Assembly (NCBI GenBank): GCA_049324275.1
Contig: JBMOLG010000010.1
Span: 147,977 to 211,976, forward strand
Length of the DNA stretch: 64,000 bases
Direction: 5' to 3'
Source: Nanobdellota archaeon
GTDB taxonomy: Archaea > Nanobdellota > Nanobdellia > Pacearchaeales > GW2011-AR1
Shown: one piece after another, positions 19,384 to 28,874 of the stretch
Layout of the letters: each line of letters begins with the position of its first letter
How positions within the stretch are numbered: the first letter of the stretch is position 1
Notes under the pieces: generated by a model
Databases searched by the model: none
What the model saw: the letters and a program-made list of their open reading frames with translations, nothing else
Told to the model about the DNA's origin: nothing
Translations under genes and position numbers: made by a program

Positions 19384-22341
19384 ATGGTGAAAAAGTTTGT
19401 ATTTATTTTATTAATACTTCTGCTAATTTGTGCAAGCACTGTTAATGCAGAATTTGAATTAAATGGGAGCATATATGACATAAATGGAAATCCTCTTAAT
19501 TATACGACTATAAAAGTTATTCTTAAAAATTCTTCATGGTCGCAAATAAGTGAAAATTTTAGTTATTCAAATTCTTCTGGCCTGTTTGCTATTAATCTTT
19601 CTGGCAATTCATCTGACAATTATTTTTATCAATTATCTGTTTATCATTTAAACTCAAGCACTAATGCCATTGATTGGGTTGGCCAATCTCTGCCATTATT
19701 TCCCTATTCTGAATTTTCACAGCTTTCAAATATAACGTTTTATTTGAGGGAAGCAGGAACGATAAATATCAGTGCAAGAAATTCAACTAATTCGCGAATT
19801 CAAAACAATCAATTTGCTTATAAAGTAAAGGACCAAAAGTTGGGATATGAAATTTCAAGTTGCAATCTTTCTGGAAATTATAATGCATTATGTTATGTTC
19901 CTCGAGACAGAAATTATTCTATAATGATATATCCTTCTGATGGTTCGCCCGAACATTTTATTCCCGTAAGCTTTAATTGGAACAATTTTTCTTCGGCTTC
20001 AAGTTACAACATTGATTCAATTTCTGAATATAATTTTACTACAAAAACAATGAGCAAAGAATTTAATTTAAGCATTAGTTTTGCATGGATTCAGGGATTC
20101 ATTAATGGAAGTCACTTGGGAATTAGAGGATGGGATGAGATGGCAATTGTTCCTTTTTTGCTTGAGCCTGGAAATTTAATTTCAATTCGCAATGGTGTGC
20201 TTCAATATAATCTAAGTTCTTGGAGAGGAACAGTTCCACGTACGGATATTTATCTTCCTGATTCAAATGGCTTTTTTAATATTACTCTTCCTTATTACCC
20301 TGCAGAAACAATTAATTTTTTGCTATTTGCGACTGCAAGAAATGGTTCTTTTTTTTATGGGGCTTATCGAAACATAACTGTTTCTGGAGGGACTAATAAT
20401 TTTGATTTTAGGATGTATGGGCTTTTGGGAGAGAATTCAACTATTAATATGACTAAAGCAGATAGCGGAAACTTTCAGATTAATACATCTAAAAAATCTT
20501 TTAATTTAGTAAATTCAACTTCTAATTTAAGCCTTCAAAATTTAAACGCACATGTTGAATTAAAAGTTGACTATTCAAATTATAATGCTACTGAATTTAC
20601 ATTTATAGATGAAATATATGCTCAAACTTCTTCTATATCTGCAAATTTTTCGATTCCATTATTAAACATTACAGGAGTTAAAGAGATGAATGTTTATTCA
20701 CAAAACTTTGCACCTCGAAGAGTATCATCAAGGAGCATTTCCCAAATAAGTCAAAATAACAATATCTCATTAAATGTTTTTAATCCAATAGATATACAGA
20801 GAACTCTTTCAAAAAATCAAATCAGAATTTACATTTACAAATCGAATTCGAGCTGTGATGTGCCTTCCCCTCATTCAAGCTGTGAATTGGTTATTTCTTC
20901 AAATCTTTCTGATTTTCGGCCTTTATCTACAATAATTGGGGGGGGAAGAATAAGCTTTAGGATGGGTATGCCCTCTGGCGCTTTGATTCATTATGCAAAT
21001 GTAGATATGTTGGCTTCAGGTCCCCCTGATGCATTATTTGACAATAATCATACAGAAACGAGTTTAATAGGCACATTTAAAACCATCATGAAATTTGGTT
21101 CAAATGGCCCAAAAATTTATGATCATATTTTAGTATCTATACCATATTCAGAAGGAAATTCTACACAATTGGGATTTAATGAAACTGTAAGTTTCAATAT
21201 GTCTATCCCTCTACTTTATGATGAAGATTGGAATGTAGTTTGGAATATCTCTAATAATGGAAGTTCTGGAAGCGCATTAGCAGGAAATTTTTCTTATTAT
21301 TCAAATTCATCGAATGAATGGCAGACTTTAATGGGGAACAATACCTGTACATCCAATGTGAGCAATCAAAGTTCAACAAATCCCTGTTACATTGATACAG
21401 AATCAAACAGAATCTGGGTTCGTTTGCCTCATTTTTCAGGCACAGAGCCTTTGATAAGCGGAATGCAGTTTACAGATACAGTTTCTCCTTCAATTACAGA
21501 CATTGAAAACAGCTCTATTAATTCCAGTTCAGTTACGATTACTTGGACTACTAATGAGCCTGCGAATTCAACCATTCATTATGGAGAAACAACGGCAACT
21601 AACAGCAAATCTCAAAACAGCTCTTTAGAAGTTTCTCATTCAATTATAATAAGCGGATTGGATTCTGTTACAGATTATTATTTCAATATAACCAGCTGTG
21701 ATTATAGGAATAATTGTAATACCTCAAGACAATACAGCTTTATTACAGGATCTTCTATTTCAAATTCAACTGATTCAAGCTCTTCAGGTGCAGGTGCCTC
21801 TTTTACAAACGTAACTCAAAACTTAACTTCAGATGATCCTGATTTCTGGACACGTGGGACGCGTTCTGTAAGTGATGAAGAGTTCAGTAATGGATATACC
21901 CAAAGATTACAAGCCAAGGAAAGATTCAGAGTTTTGATAGATAACGAATATCATTATGTCGGAATAATAAACATTTCGGGCAACACTGCTACGATAAATG
22001 TAAGCAGTACCCCTCAACAGGCTAATTTTAATATTGGCGATGAAAAAAAATTTGAAATTAATGAAGATAATTATTATGATCTTTATGTTAAGTTAAATGG
22101 AATTGAGGAAAATCAGGCGAACCTGACTATCGGTAAAATTAATGAAATGATTGAAGAAGCCACTCCGGCAGTATTAACCAGCTCTGAAAATTCAACTATT
22201 ATAGAATCACAAGAAGAAAAAATCTCAGATAAAAAAGCACTAATAAAATTGATTGTAACAATAATCTTAATAATCGCTTTGGTTGGAATAATCTCTGCAA
22301 TAGTTTATTTTGTCTGGAAAAAAAGAAAAGAGGGATTTTAA
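19384..22341 (+). CDS. Large secreted, C-terminally anchored surface glycoprotein-like protein with an FN3-like domain
   Basis: Signal peptide 'MVKKFVFILLILLLICASTVNA', very many N-x-S/T sequons, and an FN3-like segment at 21481-21726 ('VTITWTTNEPANSTIHYGET...DYYFNITSCD'). The C-terminus has a TM helix plus the basic stop-transfer 'WKKRKEGF'. Confidence 0.7.
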   Translation: MVKKFVFILLILLLICASTVNAEFELNGSIYDINGNPLNYTTIKVILKNSSWSQISENFSYSNSSGLFAINLSGNSSDNYFYQLSVYHLNSSTNAIDWVGQSLPLFPYSEFSQLSNITFYLREAGTINISARNSTNSRIQNNQFAYKVKDQKLGYEISSCNLSGNYNALCYVPRDRNYSIMIYPSDGSPEHFIPVSFNWNNFSSASSYNIDSISEYNFTTKTMSKEFNLSISFAWIQGFINGSHLGIRGWDEMAIVPFLLEPGNLISIRNGVLQYNLSSWRGTVPRTDIYLPDSNGFFNITLPYYPAETINFLLFATARNGSFFYGAYRNITVSGGTNNFDFRMYGLLGENSTINMTKADSGNFQINTSKKSFNLVNSTSNLSLQNLNAHVELKVDYSNYNATEFTFIDEIYAQTSSISANFSIPLLNITGVKEMNVYSQNFAPRRVSSRSISQISQNNNISLNVFNPIDIQRTLSKNQIRIYIYKSNSSCDVPSPHSSCELVISSNLSDFRPLSTIIGGGRISFRMGMPSGALIHYANVDMLASGPPDALFDNNHTETSLIGTFKTIMKFGSNGPKIYDHILVSIPYSEGNSTQLGFNETVSFNMSIPLLYDEDWNVVWNISNNGSSGSALAGNFSYYSNSSNEWQTLMGNNTCTSNVSNQSSTNPCYIDTESNRIWVRLPHFSGTEPLISGMQFTDTVSPSITDIENSSINSSSVTITWTTNEPANSTIHYGETTATNSKSQNSSLEVSHSIIISGLDSVTDYYFNITSCDYRNNCNTSRQYSFITGSSISNSTDSSSSGAGASFTNVTQNLTSDDPDFWTRGTRSVSDEEFSNGYTQRLQAKERFRVLIDNEYHYVGIINISGNTATINVSSTPQQANFNIGDEKKFEINEDNYYDLYVKLNGIEENQANLTIGKINEMIEEATPAVLTSSENSTIIESQEEKISDKKALIKLIVTIILIIALVGIISAIVYFVWKKRKEGF

Positions 22342-23540
22342 AAAAATTGCTTTAATGTTTTCTGCTTCCCGTAATCTTTGATAATCCTAGAATTTTTTAA
22401 GTATTCATTGATATTTATTTTCATTCTTGATTGCATTAGGCCAAATGCCTCCTGCAGTGAATTCGGCTTTTCCGGATTTTGTTCAAATGCTTTTCTGGTA
22501 ATTTCCCTAAGTATGCCAACGCCTAAAGGGGCGTAATATTCTGGACGAACTTCTCTTAATATTAAAATTGATGCCTGCTTCTTTATTTTTTCCAGGTATT
22601 CACATACGCCCAAGCGGTTTGCATAATAGGCGCCTGCAACATTTGAGGCATATTTTTTCCTGCTGAAAAATCCTTCATAATCTTGCATAAAAAATAATTT
22701 TTGCGATTGATTCCACATATTCTCAGGCATTTCTGCTTCAATGACTTCAAATGAGAACATTGATGGAAGCACTAAAAATTCATAATGATTGCCGTTATAT
22801 TCTGAACTGAAAATTTGCATTTCATCTATTTCAGAATAAGATTTAATCTTTTCCAAAAGTTTTTTGCTTAAAATATCGTCGATAGCGGTTATTGCCCATC
22901 TTGTAGGAACCAGTTTTCTTTGTGACTTGACCCCTAACAATCCTGCAGACAATAATTTTTGAAGATAGCTTGTTTGTATGCTCGACTTGTAAAGTTCTTC
23001 TAATGCTGCTGTTGCCTTGACATCGTAATCTGAAACAAGATAATCAACTTTTTTTTCAACCTTTGGATTTTCTTCTAAAATGACTTTTTCTATTGGGGCA
23101 GGGTTTGCCATTATGCTAAAAATTTTGCTTGGTGTAAAATTTAAGATTGGTTTCTTTTTTAAAAAAAATTCTGCAGAGACTGATTTTGATGCCATTGCAA
23201 ATTCCTGCATTGAAGAATTTAATTTCTGTTGTGCCTTAATATTTCCCATAGATCTTCCATAAATCATCTGCCCCCTATATTCTAAAATTTTTTCAATAGA
23301 AAGGTTGTTTTTAACCCATAATTCAGGAATTGAAAAAATCTCAGTTTCACCGTACTGCGCAGGTGATAAAATCCCTGAAAACACATTAGGATAATTTGCA
23401 TGGCCGACAAATATTTCGGGAGGAGAAGAACCTGAAAAATGTGTTTTTATTCTTGGCGCAGAATCTATAAATTTTGAAAGAATTTTACATGGCTTTTTGC
23501 ATAAACCTTTTCCCTTGCATTTTATGCATAGTTGTTCCAT
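22338..23540 (-). CDS. Nre-like (archaeal DNA-repair associated) protein with a C-terminal PIP box
   Basis: N-terminal Cys cluster 'CIKCKGKGLCKKPC', about 400 aa in length, and a canonical PCNA-interaction motif as the last 8 residues, 'QKTLKQFF' (22341-22364). Confidence 0.55.
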   Translation of the reverse strand: MEQLCIKCKGKGLCKKPCKILSKFIDSAPRIKTHFSGSSPPEIFVGHANYPNVFSGILSPAQYGETEIFSIPELWVKNNLSIEKILEYRGQMIYGRSMGNIKAQQKLNSSMQEFAMASKSVSAEFFLKKKPILNFTPSKIFSIMANPAPIEKVILEENPKVEKKVDYLVSDYDVKATAALEELYKSSIQTSYLQKLLSAGLLGVKSQRKLVPTRWAITAIDDILSKKLLEKIKSYSEIDEMQIFSSEYNGNHYEFLVLPSMFSFEVIEAEMPENMWNQSQKLFFMQDYEGFFSRKKYASNVAGAYYANRLGVCEYLEKIKKQASILILREVRPEYYAPLGVGILREITRKAFEQNPEKPNSLQEAFGLMQSRMKININEYLKNSRIIKDYGKQKTLKQFF

Positions 23541-23601
23541 GCAAGATTAAAAACATAAAGACTTTATATTATTATAAATGTTGAAAAATAGAAATCATTA
23601 A

Positions 23602-23787
23602 TTAATCTTTCAAATCACTTATTCCTAACATAAGGAAAAGCAATCCGATCATTATTACAAGCCAAATCAATCCGCCCTTTAAGAATTCTAAAGCAGCAAC
23701 CCCAAATCCTGCATAATTCATAGCCCAAACATAGATTGGAGCGATTATAAAAATCAATCCTAATAAAATTTCAAGCCACTTGTTCAT
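23602..23787 (-). CDS. Small two-TM membrane protein
   Basis: 61 aa, almost entirely two hydrophobic helices. Confidence 0.4.
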   Translation of the reverse strand: MNKWLEILLGLIFIIAPIYVWAMNYAGFGVAALEFLKGGLIWLVIMIGLLFLMLGISDLKD

Positions 23788-23839
23788 GTTAAATTTTTAA
23801 TGATTATTTAGTTTTTAAACCTTTCGTTTTTCTATTTTT

Positions 23840-24619
23840 CTAGTATCTTTTGATTCTTTTTAATTCTTTATATAATCTTTTTAATTCTCCATCATATTCA
23901 TCCTGGCTCATAACTCCCGGATGATTTCTCCATCTATCTTCTAATGTTGCAATTTGCTCTCTTATCTCTGATGCAAGCCTATTCCTCTGATCATTATTTA
24001 ACTGTTCATATTTTTGTTTTAAGAAAGCCCTTTGAATTGTTCCGTCAATAAGCATAAATAAGATTGAAAGCCCTGCTGTAATGGCGTAAATCCATCCGGC
24101 ATTTCCAACCAAATCTTTTCTTGTATACCAAATTCCAAGATAAACTACTGCAAAAAATATCCATGAAATTTTTCTTGAAATTGAAGTTTTGAAAGATTCA
24201 GCAAAATAGAAATAAATTAATAATGGGATTGCAGATGCAAGCGCAATGCCAAGAGTTGTGTATGGCAAAAGAATTGTTTGAATAAATGTACTTTCTGTCA
24301 AAAACCTTGTTGCAAGCAATGAGACGCAAATTGTAATCGTCCAATATATTGCAGGTTTGTCTTTTGTTATCTCTATTTTTTCTTTTGTTATAATATATAC
24401 AATTGTAAACACAAGCAAAAAGAAAAGAGCTTTCTCAAATAAAAATTCTCCATTGCCCCCAAAAAATACTAAAAAGAATGGTGTTAAAAATGACTGAACT
24501 AATTCCAGAAATCCTTCTGCCCCACTTTGTAAATTATATGCCAATGAATATGCAGAAGCAATTTTAATAAAAAATGTCGAGGCTAATAAAGATGCCAATA
24601 AAAATTTTCCTCTTTTCAT
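23840..24619 (-). CDS. Polytopic membrane protein, paralogue family member 1
   Basis: Signal-like N-terminus and about 5 TM helices. Shares the motifs 'LLPYTTLGIALASAIPLLIYFYF' and 'FMLIDGTIQRAF' with the next two genes. The cytoplasmic tail is charged and helical. Confidence 0.65.
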   Translation of the reverse strand: MKRGKFLLASLLASTFFIKIASAYSLAYNLQSGAEGFLELVQSFLTPFFLVFFGGNGEFLFEKALFFLLVFTIVYIITKEKIEITKDKPAIYWTITICVSLLATRFLTESTFIQTILLPYTTLGIALASAIPLLIYFYFAESFKTSISRKISWIFFAVVYLGIWYTRKDLVGNAGWIYAITAGLSILFMLIDGTIQRAFLKQKYEQLNNDQRNRLASEIREQIATLEDRWRNHPGVMSQDEYDGELKRLYKELKRIKRY

Positions 24620-24713
24620 ATTTTCTATTATTTAGAGAAGTTTATAAATATTTTTAAAATCTGTCATTTGAAAAAGAAGAAATATTTATAAACTAAATTA
24701 TGCAGTAATTTGC

Positions 24714-25550
24714 ATGAATAAAAGAGAAGCGAAGAATTATTTTCTATTCTTATTAATGTGCGGATTATTTTTAACATTAAATTTAACTTTTATTTCTGCT
24801 GGAATCAGTGAAGATTTATCAAATGCAGGAGCAAGCATTTGGGAAAACTTGCTCAGGTCGCCATTAGAATTTATCATTGGGGAAACTTCTTATGCAAATG
24901 TTTTCTTTGCTAAACTGCTTTTGATGATTTTAATCTTTATTATTTTATATGCTATTCTCGGACAGGTTCCGTTCTTTAACCAAAATTCTGTAGTTATGTT
25001 CATTATCAGCTTGATTGTGTCTGTTCTTTCAATGAGGATGCTTGAATGGGGCTGGGTTGAGGCAATCTTAATCCCATATTCAACTCTTGGAATAGTTTTA
25101 ACGAGCTTTTTTCCATTAATAATTTTATTTTATTTTGTTGAAAGAATAGTTCCAGAGGGAGCTTTAAGAAAAATTGCCTGGATATTTTCAGGCGTTGTAT
25201 TTTTTGCATTGTTCCTATCAAGATATAAACAATTAGAGCAAGCATCTATTGGCGGATTTAATCCTGCTTATATTTATTTGTTCACAGCTATCTTGTGCTT
25301 AATATTTTTGCTGATGGATAGAACAATTCAAAGGGCTTTTTACAAGTCTAAGATGAAAAACATTAAAGATTACTGGAAAGACAAAGAAATCGCTGAAATT
25401 ATCGATCAAAAATTAAAGTTAGAAGAAATGGCTGCGAGAGCCGGAGCAAACCCTGAAACAGACGAGCCATACAAGAGGCAATGGGAGGCCCTTAAGAAAA
25501 GATCAAAACGATATAAAGAAATAGAAACAACCTTATTTGGAAATTCATAA
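24714..25550 (+). CDS. Polytopic membrane protein, paralogue family member 2
   Basis: Same architecture as member 1, with 'LIPYSTLGIVLTSFFPLIILFYF' and 'LLMDRTIQRAF'. Confidence 0.65.
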   Translation: MNKREAKNYFLFLLMCGLFLTLNLTFISAGISEDLSNAGASIWENLLRSPLEFIIGETSYANVFFAKLLLMILIFIILYAILGQVPFFNQNSVVMFIISLIVSVLSMRMLEWGWVEAILIPYSTLGIVLTSFFPLIILFYFVERIVPEGALRKIAWIFSGVVFFALFLSRYKQLEQASIGGFNPAYIYLFTAILCLIFLLMDRTIQRAFYKSKMKNIKDYWKDKEIAEIIDQKLKLEEMAARAGANPETDEPYKRQWEALKKRSKRYKEIETTLFGNS

Positions 25551-25573
25551 ATAAGAGAAACATTTTTAAAAAC

Positions 25574-26326
25574 ATGAAACATAAAAAAGAAATGCAAACA
25601 CAGATAAAAAAGAGAATTTTAGCTTTAAGCTTACTAACAATATTATTGATTGCATTTGTCGCTGTGAAAGTTTCTGCCGAACCTACAAGCGTAGCTGAAG
25701 ATATCGGTAATTTTTTCAGCAAACTTTTTTCTGGTGAGAAAGTTGATGATAACACCAGATTGGGAATTTCAAGAATATTATTAATTATTTTAGTAGTTTT
25801 ACTTGTTTATTCAGTAACAGATTTTCTCCCATTTATCCCTCAAAATAAAGAAGGGATAAAATGGCTTATTGCTATAATTGTAGGACTTTTATCATTCATG
25901 TTTGTTACAATGGATAGCATTAGATATATACTTGTAAATTATGAAGCTTTGGGAGTAATGCTTACCTCTGTCTTTCCTTTAATCATTTTAATGGTTTTTA
26001 CAATAAAATTGCATGAAAATGAGCCTGGCATTGCCATTATTGTCAATAAATTATTAATTGTCGGATTTATTATATATGCAATTTGGCAATGGATTTCAAT
26101 AAGGACAAATGACAATTCAATGGCTTGGATTTATATAATTACAATTTTAATTTCTCTTATCTGGTTATTTATGGAAGGAACTATTCAAAGATGGTGGAGA
26201 AGAGCAAGGACGAGAGATGAAAGTGAAAGGACAAGAGACACAGTTAATGCAGCTACAAATGCCGTTATCACTATGGCTGGAATGAATAGAAATCTTGGTG
26301 GTGGACTTCCTCCCCCTAATTATTAA
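25574..26326 (+). CDS. Polytopic membrane protein, paralogue family member 3
   Basis: Same architecture as members 1 and 2, with 'LVNYEALGVMLTSVFPLIILMVF' and 'LFMEGTIQRWW'. The tail is R/D/E-rich. Confidence 0.65.
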   Translation: MKHKKEMQTQIKKRILALSLLTILLIAFVAVKVSAEPTSVAEDIGNFFSKLFSGEKVDDNTRLGISRILLIILVVLLVYSVTDFLPFIPQNKEGIKWLIAIIVGLLSFMFVTMDSIRYILVNYEALGVMLTSVFPLIILMVFTIKLHENEPGIAIIVNKLLIVGFIIYAIWQWISIRTNDNSMAWIYIITILISLIWLFMEGTIQRWWRRARTRDESERTRDTVNAATNAVITMAGMNRNLGGGLPPPNY

Positions 26327-26490
26327 TTATTCTTGAATACGCTTTATTGAAGATTTCTTCTATTTTACTTAAAATAATAATTATTAAATCGCTTCTTAGA
26401 TGCAAACTTGCCCTTACATTTGAATTCTCTCACATTGTTAAACGAGATGTTCATAACATGAATTAAACAAACCAAACATATAGAATAAGA

Positions 26491-27090
26491 TTAAAGATTT
26501 CTTTTATCTTTGCTTAAATCTTCCCCAGCATCTTTAAATGCCTGGGCAACCTTTTGCCCTTGTGCTAAATTTTCCCCAATTTGTTCAGCTTTCCCAAGCA
26601 TTCTTCTTCTATTTAATATGCCCACCATAGATTTTCCAAGCCATGTTAAAGCTCCTGCAATCAAAAATGCAACAATCACTTTAATGATTTGATATTTTTT
26701 TGAAAGCTCAAAAAATCCTGCAATGCTCAAGAAGAAATTAATAAGGATGTTTAAAGTGCCTGTGAATGATATTAAAAATGTTACAATCAAAGAAGCTGAA
26801 AATTCAATGGCTTTGCTTTTGAATATTGGAATTAATTTCATAACATCAAGAATTACAATAAATACCATGAGCCATGCCCCGATTAAAACAATTAAATATT
26901 GCAATGTTACCTTTTCATTTATACTTAGCAAGCTTGCAAATGGCTGCATGATGACAATCTCTTCATTTAATATGTTATTTACCTCTTGTTTCGCATTACC
27001 TGATTCTTCTGATTTATCCATAACTTGCGCAGAAACAAACGCAGAAGTTAAGATTAAAAGCAGAATAATTATGGTCCAACTCTTTTTCAT
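26491..27090 (-). CDS. Secreted/membrane protein (signal peptide + 4 TM + charged tail)
   Basis: 'MKKSWTIIILLLILTSAFVSAQ' signal peptide, hydrophobic core, and tail 'NRRRMLGKAEQIGENLAQGQKVAQAFKDAGEDL'. Confidence 0.55.
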   Translation of the reverse strand: MKKSWTIIILLLILTSAFVSAQVMDKSEESGNAKQEVNNILNEEIVIMQPFASLLSINEKVTLQYLIVLIGAWLMVFIVILDVMKLIPIFKSKAIEFSASLIVTFLISFTGTLNILINFFLSIAGFFELSKKYQIIKVIVAFLIAGALTWLGKSMVGILNRRRMLGKAEQIGENLAQGQKVAQAFKDAGEDLSKDKRNL

Positions 27091-27123
27091 ATAATATTAT
27101 TAATTTTCTGATTTAAAAATTTT

Positions 27124-28113
27124 TCAATTCTTGTATCTGTGAACTGCAAGCCAAACTGCTAGATTTTCCAATTCTGCAGGCATTGTATTATATTCCATTG
27201 TCCATGTAGGATATATACTAAAAGGGGTTGGATTTGTTATTATTATATAATCTCTCAAAGTTTTAATTTCTAATCCATTGATAAGTGATAAATTACCCAA
27301 ACTCGAATAATCTTTTTCTGGATTAATGATTCTATTTCCCATACCTAATTCTTCTATGTTATCCTTGCTTAATATAAGCCCATTTCTTTTATCTAACAAA
27401 ATATTATCTATCGTAATGTATGATTTTCCATTGTCCAGATGCATTTGCCCGTTATAGATTAAATTTTCTTTAAAAGATTCGTTCTCTATTTTGTATTTGT
27501 AGCTAAAAGGAGAAGCTAAATGAATATCTTGAGCTTCAAACCAATTAAGGCCGAATTTTTCAGATGGCATGTATAAAAAGTTATCAAACCCTTCACGCTT
27601 TGTAATGTATTTTATCCTTTCTATTAAAGTTTCATTGGTGCAACGAAAAATCATTTCATTTAAAAAAGTCCTTAATTCATTGAATACTCTGATATTTTCT
27701 TTAAGTTTTGGACAATTTAGCAATTCGTATCCTTTTTTATCAAGTTCCTTTAAATATCCAATGATATCCTTTTGGATTTGTTTAGTTTCTTTGATTTCAT
27801 TATTAATTTTTAGAAAAGGTATTTTATTTAGTAATCTTGATTGGTGCGACTTATAACTTCCATACCTGCTTAAAATTAGGGGAGTATCATCAAATGCAGT
27901 CCTAAATGGCTCTTCAGTACTTTCTTCAAGCCATTTTGCAGGCAATTTTTTGTTAAAGCTATTGCTTAAGATATCTAGCTTAATCAGTAAGTCTGTTCCT
28001 TGATAAGGATATACGATTGGGGAATAACTGATTATTCCATTATTTTTGCAATCTGTCACAAACTCTGCCAGATATTCTGCCCTTTGTGCATTATAATCTT
28101 TTTTCCATGCCAT
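27124..28113 (-). CDS. Hypothetical cytoplasmic protein (orphan)
   Basis: I chose the ATG at 28113 ('MAWKKDYNAQ') over the track's TTG at 28128 because the TATA-like box at 28134-28142 ends exactly 20 nt upstream of it. Confidence 0.55.
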   Translation of the reverse strand: MAWKKDYNAQRAEYLAEFVTDCKNNGIISYSPIVYPYQGTDLLIKLDILSNSFNKKLPAKWLEESTEEPFRTAFDDTPLILSRYGSYKSHQSRLLNKIPFLKINNEIKETKQIQKDIIGYLKELDKKGYELLNCPKLKENIRVFNELRTFLNEMIFRCTNETLIERIKYITKREGFDNFLYMPSEKFGLNWFEAQDIHLASPFSYKYKIENESFKENLIYNGQMHLDNGKSYITIDNILLDKRNGLILSKDNIEELGMGNRIINPEKDYSSLGNLSLINGLEIKTLRDYIIITNPTPFSIYPTWTMEYNTMPAELENLAVWLAVHRYKN

Positions 28114-28133
28114 AAGGTTGGGAGACAATTTTT

Positions 28134-28170
28134 ATTTATAAATCTTTCTAAATGTTACTACTAAAAAGTT
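28134..28170 (-). promoter_or_regulatory. TATA-like box plus conserved upstream element
   Basis: Plus strand 'atttataaatctttctaaatgttactactaaaaagtt'. By my own count, 33 of 37 positions are identical to the block at 48699-48735, upstream of an unrelated gene. Confidence 0.55.
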
Positions 28171-28223
28171 TTAATTATATTTTTTCCAGATAATTTTAAA
28201 AATAGGAGTAGCATAATCAGCTT

Positions 28224-28874
28224 ATGAAAAGAGGCATAATCTTATTTGTTGCAATTATCTTAATTACGAACTTATTTCTTTCAATTCACTCGGTTCGGGC
28301 TGATGATTTTAACAGCCCAGTATCAGATGAAGAAATGAATAAGATTTCTGATGCAGCAGAAAAAATTCCATTAGATGAATCTGGAGAAATTGATTCAAGC
28401 AAAGTTGAAGGGTTTAAATCTAATGCAGAATTGAGAATTGAAAAAATCAATCAGTGGCTCGATAACAATGTTTATTGGCTTAGTGCGATATTCGGAATGA
28501 GGCCAGAAATTTCATGGCTTTTTGCAATGAATTTATTTTTGATATTGTTCTTTTTGAATTATCTTGTTTTTTATGGCGACACGATTTTCGTTTTTCTATC
28601 TGAAAAGTCTGCCAGGATTTTTGGTCTTGTTGTTTTCGTTATCTTGCTTGCCTTAAAAATTTTTTTTCGAATTGCAAATTTAATTTATGAAATATGGACA
28701 GATGTTTGGTACAGCGCTTTAATTAAGATATTCTTAATTCTGATTCTAGGGGCTTTTGGAATAAATTGGCTCAAATCACGAAGAGATGGAATTGAGAAAA
28801 AAGCTAAAGAAACAGAAAAATTGAATCAAGAAGTTCTCAATAAAGTTGTTGAAGGAACTTTAAGCACTAATTAG
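28224..28874 (+). CDS. Secreted/membrane protein (signal peptide, acidic ectodomain, 4 TM, charged tail)
   Basis: 'MKRGIILFVAIILITNLFLSIHSVRA' signal peptide followed by hydrophobic helices. The architecture resembles the neighbouring membrane proteins. Confidence 0.55.
   Translation: MKRGIILFVAIILITNLFLSIHSVRADDFNSPVSDEEMNKISDAAEKIPLDESGEIDSSKVEGFKSNAELRIEKINQWLDNNVYWLSAIFGMRPEISWLFAMNLFLILFFLNYLVFYGDTIFVFLSEKSARIFGLVVFVILLALKIFFRIANLIYEIWTDVWYSALIKIFLILILGAFGINWLKSRRDGIEKKAKETEKLNQEVLNKVVEGTLSTN

Noticed and set aside
25406-25755. Minus-strand ORFs (63 and 87 aa) spanning the junction of membrane paralogues 2 and 3
   Set aside because: They are antisense to two clearly homologous plus-strand genes, and their translations are low-complexity shadow sequence.
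26327-26490. 164-nt convergent intergenic gap containing a 29-aa basic minus-strand ORF ('MNISFNNVREFKCKGKFASKKRFNNYYFK')
   Set aside because: It is too short, has no SD or correctly spaced TATA box, and shows no structural RNA signature. It is most likely only terminator/spacer DNA between convergent genes.
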